Below are positions 53,809-64,000 of a stretch of DNA of 64,000 nucleotides, in pieces. Made by a program: the position numbers and the translations under genes. Below the pieces are notes generated by a model. That model saw only the letters and a program-made list of their open reading frames with translations. It was not told where the DNA came from and ran no database searches. This DNA comes from Eledone cirrhosa. Taxonomy: Eukaryota. Every line of letters starts with the position of its first letter. The first letter of the stretch is position 1. The DNA is taken from NCBI GenBank assembly GCA_964016885.1, contig OZ024740.1, positions 314,960,001 to 315,024,000 on the forward strand, given 5' to 3'.

Positions 53809-54315
53809 CTGCTGCTGCTGCTACTCCTGCTGCTCTACTGCTGCTGCTGCTGCTGCTACTACTGCTGCCACTGCTGCTACTTATGCTGCTACTACTGCTG
53901 CTACTACTACTGCTGCTACTACTGCTGCTACTACTACTGATGCTGCTACTACTGATGCTACTACTACTGCTGCTACTACTGCTGCTACTACTACTGATGC
54001 TGCTACTACTGATGCTGCTACTACTGCCGCTGCTACTACTGTTGCTACTACTACTGCTACTACTGCTGCCACTGCTGCTACTACTGCTGCTGCTACTACT
54101 GCTGCTACTGCTGCCACTGCTGCTACTACTGCTGCTGCTACTACTGCTACTACTGCTGCCACTGCTGCTACTACTGCTGCTGCTACTACTGCTACTACTG
54201 CTGCCACTGCTGCTACTACTGCTGCTACTACTACTGCTGCTACTACTGATGTTGCTACTACTGATGTTGCCACTGCTGCTATTACTGCTGCTACTGTTGC
54301 TACTACTACTACTAT

Positions 54316-54367
<52 letters not shown>

Positions 54368-54374
54368 GCTGCTG

Positions 54375-54424
<50 letters not shown>

Positions 54425-54532
54425 GCTGTTACTACTACTACTGCTGATACTACTGCCGCTACAACTACTACTGATACTATTACTGCTGCTACTGCTGCTG
54501 CTATACTACTACCGCTGCTTCTGCTGCTGCTG

Positions 54533-54600
<68 letters not shown>
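53570..54600. repeat. (CTG/CTA)n compound trinucleotide repeat
   Basis: Direct observation. Confidence 0.97.
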
Positions 54601-54602
<2 letters not shown>

Positions 54603-54958
54603 CACCACCACTATTGCTCAACAAAAGACCACCACCCATTAACAAGAGAGAGAGTGTAGTACCAGTATATTACTGGTACTTATTGCATCAACTCTGGAAG
54701 AGTTAAAAGTCAAAAGTCAACTCTAGCCGGACTTCAACTACATAAGACGGGCAGAAATCTTTGAAGACATAATTTTTACCACACCACCGCCCTCGACAGT
54801 AATCACAAGGTTGTCTAACAATTGACGCATGGTTTTATTCATTTAGATAATTTAAGCGTCCGTATAAAGCTAGTAAGCTATGACAGACTAAGAGAGGTAT
54901 CTAATACCTCTTAAAATTAAGGGAAAAAGAACAAGTGAGAGACAGAGAAATTTAGCTA

Positions 54959-55450
54959 TGTATAAGATATAATGATTTCTACTATAGGCACAAGGCCAGC
55001 ATGTATAAGATATATAATTGTTTCTACTTTTGTCACAGGGCCAACAATTATCCCAGTGTATTACTGGTACTTTATTTTATCGACCCCGTAAGGATGAAAG
55101 GCAACGTTAACCTCGGCGGATTTGAACTCAGACCATAAAGGGCCGTAACTCTATGCATCAAAGCATGGCGTCTGACCCTCTACCGATACTGCCAATTCAC
55201 CGCCCTTGTATAAGATATATAATGATTTCTACTATAGGCACAAGGCCAGCATGTATAAGATATATAATTGTTTCTACTTTAGGCACAAGGCCAGCAATTG
55301 CCCAGTGCATTACTGGTACTTTATTTTATCGACCCCGTAAGGATGAAAGGCAAAGTAAACTTCGGCGGGATTTGAACTCAGACCGTAAAGGGACGTAACT
55401 ATGCTGGAAAGCATGGCGTCCGACTCTCTACCGATACTGCCAATCCACCG
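54959..55450 (-). mobile_element. Two full SINE family A copies plus two tail-only pieces separated by a repeated target motif
   Basis: SINEs 55019-55206 and 55269-55450; TGTATAAGATATA(TA)AT at 54959, 55002, 55207 and 55252. Confidence 0.88.
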
Positions 55451-55504
55451 ATACTGCCAAATAATGACATAGACATAGATATATAACAACTGAACAATAA
55501 GATA

Positions 55505-55675
55505 ATGTGTGACAAGGCCGATCCTTTAAACTACAGGAACAATTCATTTTTGTCAGCTGAGTGGACTGGGGTAACCTGAAATAATGTCATGCTCAATGAC
55601 ACAGCACACTGCTAGGAATCGAGCTCACGACCTTCCTATTGTGAACCGAATTCTCAAACCACTAAGCCACGCGCA
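55505..55675 (-). mobile_element. tRNA-derived SINE (family B, CORE-like)
   Basis: Reverse complement GCGTGGCTTAGTGG (A box)..GCTCGATTCC (B box)..TGTGTCATTGAGCATGACA..CCAGTCCACTCAGCTG. Confidence 0.7.
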
Positions 55676-57019
55676 CAAACACACACAAACATACACACAC
55701 ATACACGCATACACACACACACATACACACATACACAAATATATTTTTATTTTATTTTAGGTGGAGTACAAACGCCTGCGCTTTACTGTCTAGGTCATCT
55801 TCCCTTCCACCCACATCTTTTTGTGTGTCCTAATGAAGAAGATGATAGCTACATTTGTTAATTAACTACCAATGTCTCCCAGTGTTAATAAAAGCAACAC
55901 ATGTAAGCTGTTTTGAGAATGACTTCATAGAGAAACATTGTAAGAAGCGATGCTCTGGTCACGTCAGTCCTGTCACCAAACGACAACTTCACCTGCTTGG
56001 CTTGTTCCTGTTGTTTATACTAACACAGACTAACAGATAAGTATGACACCACAGATATATATATGGGTGTCTCCCAATTATATATCATGTATCACAATGA
56101 TAACAACTGCAGCAAAAACAACAACGGCACCAACGAGCCAACAAGTGAATCTCTACATGGTCGTTGGAATTGTTAGAAATAACAAGCAAGTCACACCATA
56201 AATCTTTACAAAGGGACACATTGCTGACCTGCCAACCTCTAAAAATACAAACCTTGAAAAACCTTGAAAAAAAATTTTTTTTACACGTGTTCGATTTTCA
56301 GTCTTCACAGTTCTGGGATTTGTTTTTCTATTTTAAATCGTTAGTGGATGGTAGAAACCGTTACAACAAGTAGAAACATATTTTAAAGTTACTTAAGTAC
56401 CTTCACCTATCGAGTTCTATCACATCTTGTCGACTGAATCGTAAATATTTTTGCCCTTATAAGCACCTGGAAAGAAGAGAATGATATAAAAGCTGAAGGA
56501 ACCTTATTTCAATGAAGTTTACTGCGTCAGTTTAGATGCACTTAGAACTAAATACTTGTACTCGTTCCGACTACGATTTCTCACTAAAAAAACCCACTAT
56601 TTCTTATGTGTATTGCTTAGCCCCAAGTAAAAACCGTGATTGAGCAACAGTAAGATCAAAGTTGTTTCAACAATAATCACCATGATGTTTTATATATATC
56701 GTAGGCTATATTTTTTTCTACCACGTGGACAGATCATTTAAACACTTCGATCTTTGATTTAGATATAATCTAAATCTTAGTTATAGTTGATAGTTAGTTA
56801 ATTCTTTTCTGTACACCGAATCACGATTGGATATTTTACTGTTTGTCACCAGTAAGAACTATACCAAAAACATTATCAATTCCAAGAAACAGACAATTCT
56901 GTTATGATAATGAAAGTTAGGTAATAGCAGATGAATATTTATATTTCAACTAGGAGAGAGGAATATGTTCTTCTAGTATGTTATTATTTGTAGATCTTTT
57001 TATTATTTGTAGATCTTTA

Positions 57020-57212
57020 GGGCGGTGAATTGGCAGTATCGGTAGAGGGTCAGACGCCATGCTTTGATGCATAGAGTTACGGCCCTTGCCATTCTGAGTT
57101 CAAATCCCGCCGAGGTTAACTTTGCCTTTCATCCTTACGGGGTCGATAAAATAAAGTACCAGTAATGTACTGATAATTGCTGGCCTTGTGCCAAAAAGTA
57201 GAAACAATTATT
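57020..57212 (+). mobile_element. SINE family A, full length with 17-bp TSD
   Basis: TTGGCAGTATCGG A box, GTTCAAATCC B box; ATTATTTGTAGATCTTT at 57002-57018 and 57207-57223; a partial copy follows at 57225-57365. Confidence 0.92.
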
Positions 57213-57469
57213 TGTAGATCTTTTGAATTCAAATCTCACGGAGGTTAGCTTTGCCTTTTAACCTTACGGGGTCGATAAAACAAAGTATCAGTAATGCACT
57301 AGGGTAGATTTAACCGACATCCCTCTCACTCCAAATTTCTGGCCTTGTGCCTAAATCAGAAATCCCTATTTGCTGAACATCTGCCCTGAATAGAGAAATA
57401 CATGTTCCGATTTCCGTCATAGAGATCGTTGTTATTTTAAAAAATCTTAAATTGTAGTCAAGAAGTTTA

Positions 57470-57666
57470 CGAGGGTCGACTGAAAAGTTTATAGGCTGAC
57501 TATGAAGGAGTGATGCAAGTGCTATGAAATCTTGCATGCATTAATTTCAACTCTTCTTATTAATAACTGTATTGTTTCTTTCCAGAGACTATGTTGAAAA
57601 ATAAACCTCATTTGGTCATTCCATCAGAGTATCTTGGTCAGCCTATGGACTTTTCATCCGACACGT
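57470..57666. mobile_element. Tc1/mariner-type MITE
   Basis: TA-CGAGGGTCGACTGAAAAGTTTATAGGCTGAC ... GTCAGCCTATGGACTTTTCATCCGACACG-TTA imperfect TIRs. Confidence 0.75.
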
Positions 57667-57771
57667 TAATATTAATTAATATTCAAAGCATTAGTAGTGA
57701 ATTTGATACGTAAACATTATATTTTATTCATAAACACGATTGGAAAGGATTGGAACGATGAGTGTATAAGA

Positions 57772-57890
57772 ATTTTCATAAAATTGTAGGAATCTCAATA
57801 TAAGAATTTCAATTTTGTGCTATGCGCAATAATAGCTGGCTGTTTTGCAGCTACTTCCATGTTTGAGATTTCTACAATTTTATGAAAATA
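57772..57890. repeat. Short inverted-repeat element
   Basis: ATTTTCATAAAATTGTAGGAATCTCAA / TTGAGATTTCTACAATTTTATGAAAAT. Confidence 0.7.
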
Positions 57891-57984
57891 TTTTATATCC
57901 TTTTTCATGTTCTCTGTATCACCATTGACTTTCTACTTAAATTATATAAAAATATTCTATGTTCATTCCTGAATTAATAAAGGT

Positions 57985-58185
57985 ATCTAGGCACACGGCC
58001 AACAATTCTGGGGGAGGGAAAGTCGATTAAATCTACCCCAGTACGTTACTGGTGCTTTATTTTATCGAACCTCGTAAGGATGAAAGGCAAAGCCAACCTC
58101 GGCGGGATTTGAACCCAGAACGTAAAGGGCCATAACTCTATGTCGCAAAAGCATGGTATCTGATGCTCTACCAATATTGCTGATA
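57985..58185 (-). mobile_element. SINE family A
   Basis: Matches the family consensus on minus; a further copy lies at 58830-58970. Confidence 0.85.
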
Positions 58186-58268
58186 TTTCATATCTAATGT
58201 TGAAAAATAAACGATATATGCAGTAGTTAACAGCATTTCAGTTTAATTATTTAACAGTTCTATCATCT

Positions 58269-58382
58269 GTCAGGGTGGCCGAGCGGTCTAAGGCGCCAGA
58301 CTCAAGGTGAATATACCTTAACCAGAGCAATGAGTATTCTGGTCCACAATTGTGGGCGTGGGTTCGAATCCCACTCCTGACA
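58269..58382 (+). tRNA. tRNA-Leu-CAA: tRNA-Leu(CAA) with 30-nt intron (58307-58336)
   Basis: Acceptor GTCAGGG/TCCTGAC-A, D arm TGGCCGAGCGGTCTAAGGC, anticodon stem CCAGA/TCTGG with CAA at 58303-58305, intron after G37, long variable arm, GGTTCGAATCC, downstream T tracts. Confidence 0.95.
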
Positions 58383-59280
58383 ACATTTTGTTTTTTAAAT
58401 GACAATATATTCAGTACCTGATATTTTACATCTCCACCATATCTTTATATTCATTTTGATGCTAGATGTTAACTTATATATCTTTTCTCCCTGAGTTCAA
58501 ATCCTACAATTTGTAGTTTCACTCTAAAAACTCTTCCAAATTATAATCATCTAAAGGGAGAAAATACTTCAAAGAATATATCTGGACATTCAGTGAAACA
58601 ATTCTTTCTCCTACTAACGATAAAAGTTGATTAAGAGTCCACGGGGCGCATCCCCAACACCACCGCGCCCTAGGCCTAGAGCCCACCACCTTCCCTGTCC
58701 CTCCTCCCATTCTTCTGTGACCCTACAGTCCTCCCCCTTCCCTAGTGTTGTTGCTATTTGAAATAGATGCGTTTACGATTTTTAAAATTTTTATTAATAA
58801 AACATACTTAATTGTTGTATATTTCATAATAATTGTTTCTACTTTTGGCACAAGGCCAGCAATTATCCCAGTACATTACTGGTACTTTATCATATCGACC
58901 CCGTAAGGATAAAAGGCAAAGTTAACCTCGACAGGATTTGAACTCAGACCGTAAAGGGCCGTAACTCTACACTGCATAGTATCAAGGCTTAATTCATTAA
59001 ACTATTGTTTCTAGTGTTATACCTACAGCGCACATTTTAAGGTGTGAGGTTATGTATAATTACTAAATACTTCGAGTTTCTGGATTTATCGATATCATTC
59101 ATCTTCATTTGTGTCTCATTCACTTTTAAAAATAACCTCCCAAACTGGTTATCGCTAATCATATTATAATGAACCCCTTTTATAACTGTTTATTATAACG
59201 TTGCCTATTTAGGGACGTATCTTAAACACTAACTGAGGTATAACTATATTGAGCATCATTAATGTGAGCATGGGTTCAGA

Positions 59281-59328
59281 CACCACCACTACTACTACTA
59301 CTACTACTATCATCACTATCAACGCTAT

Positions 59329-59375
<47 letters not shown>

Positions 59376-59391
59376 TTACTATCATCACTAT

Positions 59392-59485
<94 letters not shown>

Positions 59486-59672
59486 GCTACTACTACTTAC
59501 CAAGAAAATAGACATTGTAACTACAAGCACCTCAACTCCAACCACCAACACCAATACCATCACCACCACCAACACCACCACCATCCTCACCAACACCACC
59601 ACCATCCTCACCACCACCACCATCATCACCAACACCACCACCAACACCACCACCACCACCTCCACCACCACC
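59281..59672. repeat. (CTA)n and (CCA)n compound microsatellite
   Basis: Direct observation. Confidence 0.95.
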
Positions 59673-59721
59673 ACGTTCAACAGTAACACGATTCCTCTTT
59701 TCAAAAATAACTACTTTTACA

Positions 59722-59768
<47 letters not shown>

Positions 59769-59828
59769 AGACGCACATGCACATACACACACTCACACAC
59801 ACACAAGCATACTTACACACACACCCAA

Positions 59829-59875
<47 letters not shown>

Positions 59876-59977
59876 ACTTGCTTCAGGAAACTCGGAGTAC
59901 CTAAGAAGGTATAAGTCAATTTGCCTTGTATTTCATACAATATTATATATACATAATATACATATATATGTATATAT

Positions 59978-60017
<40 letters not shown>

Positions 60018-60325
60018 GTGCGTGCGTGTGTGTGTGTATATGTGTGTCTGTGTGTGTGTATTTGTATGTGTGTTTTTATATACACACCGACATACGCATT
60101 TTACCTAAATACATACACAAGTTTGTATAAATGAATGAAAGTGACGTCATATAACATGAGAACTGATATCAATGAGACAGTGTCTTGCTAGCAGACAAAC
60201 GAAAGATTAAGATGTGTAGCTACTGGCGAGTGTTGTTCACTTCCTCCTCACTGGATCATATTGCTGGGATGTTTGCTTTAACTGAACCAGACAGTTACTG
60301 TCTATAGAGTGTGTGTGCATGCGTA

Positions 60326-60384
<59 letters not shown>

Positions 60385-60495
60385 ATTTATATATATATAT
60401 ATCTGTATTATGTATATATATATATATGTGTATATTTGAAAAAAAGAAAAAAAAGGAAAATAATAAAATATTAAAACATTAAATCATACATTTTT

Positions 60496-60710
60496 ATTAT
60501 AATACTACGAGTTGGTAGATCCAGTAAGTTCTTTGTTAACTTCGGTGGGAAAAATTTTAAAGATTCCTGGTTAACTTGGGTTGGAGAACTTTCTCGCATT
60601 CGTCTGTCTGAGAGAAAGTTCTCCAATCCAAGTTAACCAGGAATTTTTAAAATTCTTCCCACCGAAGGTAACAAAGAACTTACTGGATCTACCAACTCGT
60701 AATATTATAA
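60496..60710. repeat. ~215-bp foldback palindrome flanked by a ~21-bp direct repeat
   Basis: Arms ~60496-60595 and 60614-60710; AACATTAAATCATACATTTTT at ~60475 and ~60722. Confidence 0.9.
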
Positions 60711-60824
60711 CATTATATTATAACATTAAATCATACATTTTTTAACACTACAAGTGAAGTCATTCTTTTCCTTTTTTTCAAATATACCTAACTGTACCAA
60801 GGATCTAACACATTTTCCAATATA

Positions 60825-60874
<50 letters not shown>

Positions 60875-61208
60875 TCTGTATTATTTATATATGTATGCAT
60901 TTGCACATATTTTTATAAATATGTCTATAGTGTGTGTATGTGCATTTATATATATATATATCAGATAGGGTGTAGTAAAAATCAGCTAGACCAGAGTACT
61001 CGATACTTGGGGTAGTAGAGAGGGTAATATGAAAAGATTCAGGATCCCAACGGCTATATATATTATGTATATATGTATGCATATACACATATTTGTATAG
61101 TTATATATCTATATATTATTGTATTTTAAAGATAGTATGTTTTATATCATCTTATTTTCTTATTTTATATTACCTGTGCTGTGTATAAGGAGGTAAATTC
61201 ATACAGAA

Positions 61209-61402
61209 CCAGATATGTCAACCGTTAAAAACCCAAACGGGGAATACTATGAAAAAAATGCCCCAAAATGAGGAGAAATGAGGCAAAATGGGAGATTTTA
61301 CATTATGAAAACTATACCCATTTTCACAAAAACTGGGAGACGGGGAGAAATTAGCCAAAACGAAGAGATCTCCCCGGCCGACGGCGAGAGGTGATAGGTC
61401 GG
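61209..61402. mobile_element. Possible degenerate hAT-type MITE
   Basis: Imperfect ends CCAGATATGTCAACC / AGGTGATAGGTCGG with internal GGGAGA repeats. Confidence 0.35.
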
Positions 61403-61579
61403 CAGAACTTACAAATAAAAATAGCCATCTGAAAGCAATAGACGCTTATACACTGAGAATATTAATGTCTGCATTAATATTTTATAATGTTTTTAGTTTT
61501 CAAATAAGTAGGAAATACTTTTAGTGGAACGGATTCCCACTGTTCATATGTGTACACATTTGCTCGAATAAAATACAAA

Positions 61580-61839
61580 AGTATTTTCAACATTGATACG
61601 GGCAAAACCAACCGACAAGAGGCCCAGGGTAGACCCCCCCCCCCCCAAAAAAAAGATGGTTGGATAACATCCATGAGCTTGGCTAATCTCGATTGGGGAT
61701 CCAACCGCATCAGTTGGAGACGGTTGCTTCTGATAGGACCAGCTGGAAGGAGTGTTTGAGGACCCCCCCCCCCGACACTCTCATGAAGAAGAAGAAGAAG
61801 AAGAAGAAGAAGAAGAAGAAGAAGAAGAAGAAGAAGAAG
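61580..61839 (+). mobile_element. RTE-like LINE 3' end with (GAA)n tail
   Basis: GRPP..RWLDNI..VASDRTSWK-type C-terminus followed by (GAA)n 61784-61839. Confidence 0.6.
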
Positions 61840-62904
61840 ATACATTGCCACACATTCTTTGAACGATAAAGTAGATTAAATCTCGAACATTATTTAACAT
61901 ATAAATCATTTTATCGCCCTCAGAAGGATGAAAGACAATATTAACCTCGATGTGGTTTAATTTGGAGTATATTGTTAATAGATATCACAAACATTTTACT
62001 TTGTGGCTGTGCCGATTATTCCAGTTTAATAATTATATATTAACTATATCCTAGAAATGTGACGAAGTCCTGTGAAAATAGTGTTAAAATTCACTTTCTT
62101 ATCAACACTATTCTACTAAATCCTTGATTTATTAAAATCCTTGATTATCTATTTGATCACCCCAAGCATTCCCTGGTGAAGAGTCTCGACTGAAACATCA
62201 GAACTTTGCGCTACCTCATTGCACTGTGAGCAATGTTAGCCACATTTCGCTTAAATCAAACTCTACCTCTGATAAAAGGAAGAAATGATGACTGCTGGAA
62301 CGCCTTTCGAAATAGGTCTGCTATAAATAGCCACTATCATCACAAATCCACCACCACCATCCTCATCCTCATCATCCTTATCCTCATCGACATCCTCCTC
62401 ATCCTCATCATCATCATTATCATCATCGTCATCATCATCAAAATCATCATCAACTCTCCTCCTATTTTTCAATCATTCCTCTTCCTTTACCCCCATGTCT
62501 TGATATATAACACAGTGAGATATGTATGACCCTCTCTATCGGAGGAGTATCATTTAATGCTGGAAACTTTTACAGTTAATCCAGAGCAAAGTCGTTGCCT
62601 TGAAATGAAAGAGCAATCGTCTGTCCGAGTTAGAGGTAAGACGAATTGGTCTGCAGCATCTAATCCGCGTCTTTGCCATCTAAATTCAAATTCTGCAGGG
62701 TTAACTTTGCCTTTCAGATTTCCGGGCTGGATAAATGAAGTACCAGTCTATAGCGGCGAACTGGAAGAATTTTAAAAATAATGCTCTGTTTTATTTGTTT
62801 CGGCCATTTGCATTCTGAGTTCAGATTCCACCGTGGCCTACTTGGGTGTTAGATTTGTGAAGGAATGTGTGAATGCGGAAATATTTTCTTGTGCACGATG
62901 CATT

Positions 62905-63160
62905 GAGGCGTGTGGTATATGTGTTGGATCTGCGATCATAGTCTCATGGACTGGATTCCTTGACTGAGTTGTGAGTTGTGTTTTTGAGTAAAACACTTCA
63001 TTTCACGTTGCTTCAGTATATTCAGCTGAAATTGAGTACCAGCAATAGCTGGGGGTTTAAACCTGCGATGGACTGGTGTGATGTCTAGTACTCTCAGTCA
63101 CTTTACACCACGGAAACCGGGATAAGCACCAGACTGGTGAGCCTCTGGATTCAAGACTTT
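62905..63160 (+). mobile_element. tRNA-derived SINE with CORE-like and V-domain-like segments
   Basis: TTGAGTAAAACACTTCATTTCACGTTGC..AACCTGCGATGGACTGG..CACGGAAACCGGGATAAGC. Confidence 0.6.
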
Positions 63161-63179
63161 AGGCTATGTTTTTAGACTT

Positions 63180-63340
63180 GTGCATTCTGGGTTCAAATCC
63201 CGCCGATGTTAATTTTACCCTTCATCCTCCCGGTTAAATCAATAAAATAAAGTACCTGTAAATTACTGGACTCAATTTAATTGACTCCCTTTTCCCATAA
63301 AAATTATTGGCCTTGTGCCTAAAGTAAAAATTATTATTTA
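63180..63340 (+). mobile_element. SINE family A, 5'-truncated (another copy on minus at 63820-64000)
   Basis: GGTTCAAATCCCGCCGA..TTCATCCTCC..TGGCCTTGTGCCTAAAGTAAAAATTATTATT. Confidence 0.8.
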
Positions 63341-64000
63341 AAGGAGAAACGTTATAATAAAATATCTCAGCTGTAAAATATCTCAGCTGTGTTGGATTCT
63401 TGATCCAACTGTACCAGCTAGCTTATCTCTAAAGTAGGGTTTTCAATACTAAAATATTTCACTCATACTGTTAGGCGCCACAGTAAATAAATATATCTAA
63501 AGTATAGCGCTGGGTCATTGTTTTAAATAAGATATTTTTATGAAGCAATAAAATTGTGATGGAAATCGCATGGCCTCCATATACAGATTAGTGAAATCAC
63601 ATCAGATTTACACTAAATCCATATAATCCTTTAAATCCTCGTTAGAATGTTAAGATATTGTTACAGCGACTAATCCTACAGTCATCAATTAAAATTCTGT
63701 ATAACAGACTATATGCGGACAGTTCTGCAATTCTTTTTAATGAAAATACTTTTAAATGGATCTAATGTTAAAGAAGAGATCTTTCAGTCTAGAAATAAAT
63801 ATTGTGGAATAATCATATAATTGTTTCTAACATAGACACAAGGCTAAACATTTTGTGTAGATGATAAAGTGAATTATATTAACCTCAGTACTTGACTGGT
63901 ATTTTATTTGATAGACCTCGGCAAGATTTGAACTCAGAATGTAAAGAGCCGGAATAAATATCCTAAAGCATTTGTCCATCGCCCTAACAATTCTGCCAAT

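Noticed and set aside
57020-57110. SINE heads as tRNA genes
   Set aside because: A and B boxes present but no cloverleaf; continuous with SINE body and tail
60601-60660. Hammerhead in the 60.5-kb palindrome (CTGAGAGA...)
   Set aside because: No GAAA, stem III or stem I partner found

Overview
Repeat-dominated eukaryotic (animal) DNA with no convincing host protein-coding gene. The abundant (TA)n/(CA)n/(AAC)n microsatellites and the tRNA-derived SINE family suggest an octopus or other cephalopod (inference). From ~3.5 to 36.5 kb lies an array of two kinds of non-LTR retrotransposon sitting in (TTA)n/(TAA)n tracts. Five are Tx1/L1-clade APE-RT elements, all on + and all ending in (TTA)n; two of these are full-length head-to-tail copies. 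Three are R4/Dong-like RT-RLE elements, one with an intact 1213-aa ORF. The rest holds a Helitron Rep remnant, Penelope-like GIY-YIG remnants, several hammerhead ribozyme motifs, long foldback palindromes, RTE fragments, MITEs, many SINEs, and an intron-containing tRNA-Leu(CAA) plus a diverged duplicate. Best leads: (1) a SINE whose 3' tail resembles the Tx1-like LINE 3' end, suggesting a microsatellite-targeting LINE/SINE partnership; (2) a four-helix double pseudoknot in the 5' UTR of the intact R4/Dong element that does not fit the HDV fold; (3) a ~422-nt non-coding hammerhead-bearing unit resembling a retrozyme or solo pseudo-LTR; (4) a mosaic tandem LINE pair. All calls are by eye; no database searches or folding programs were run.
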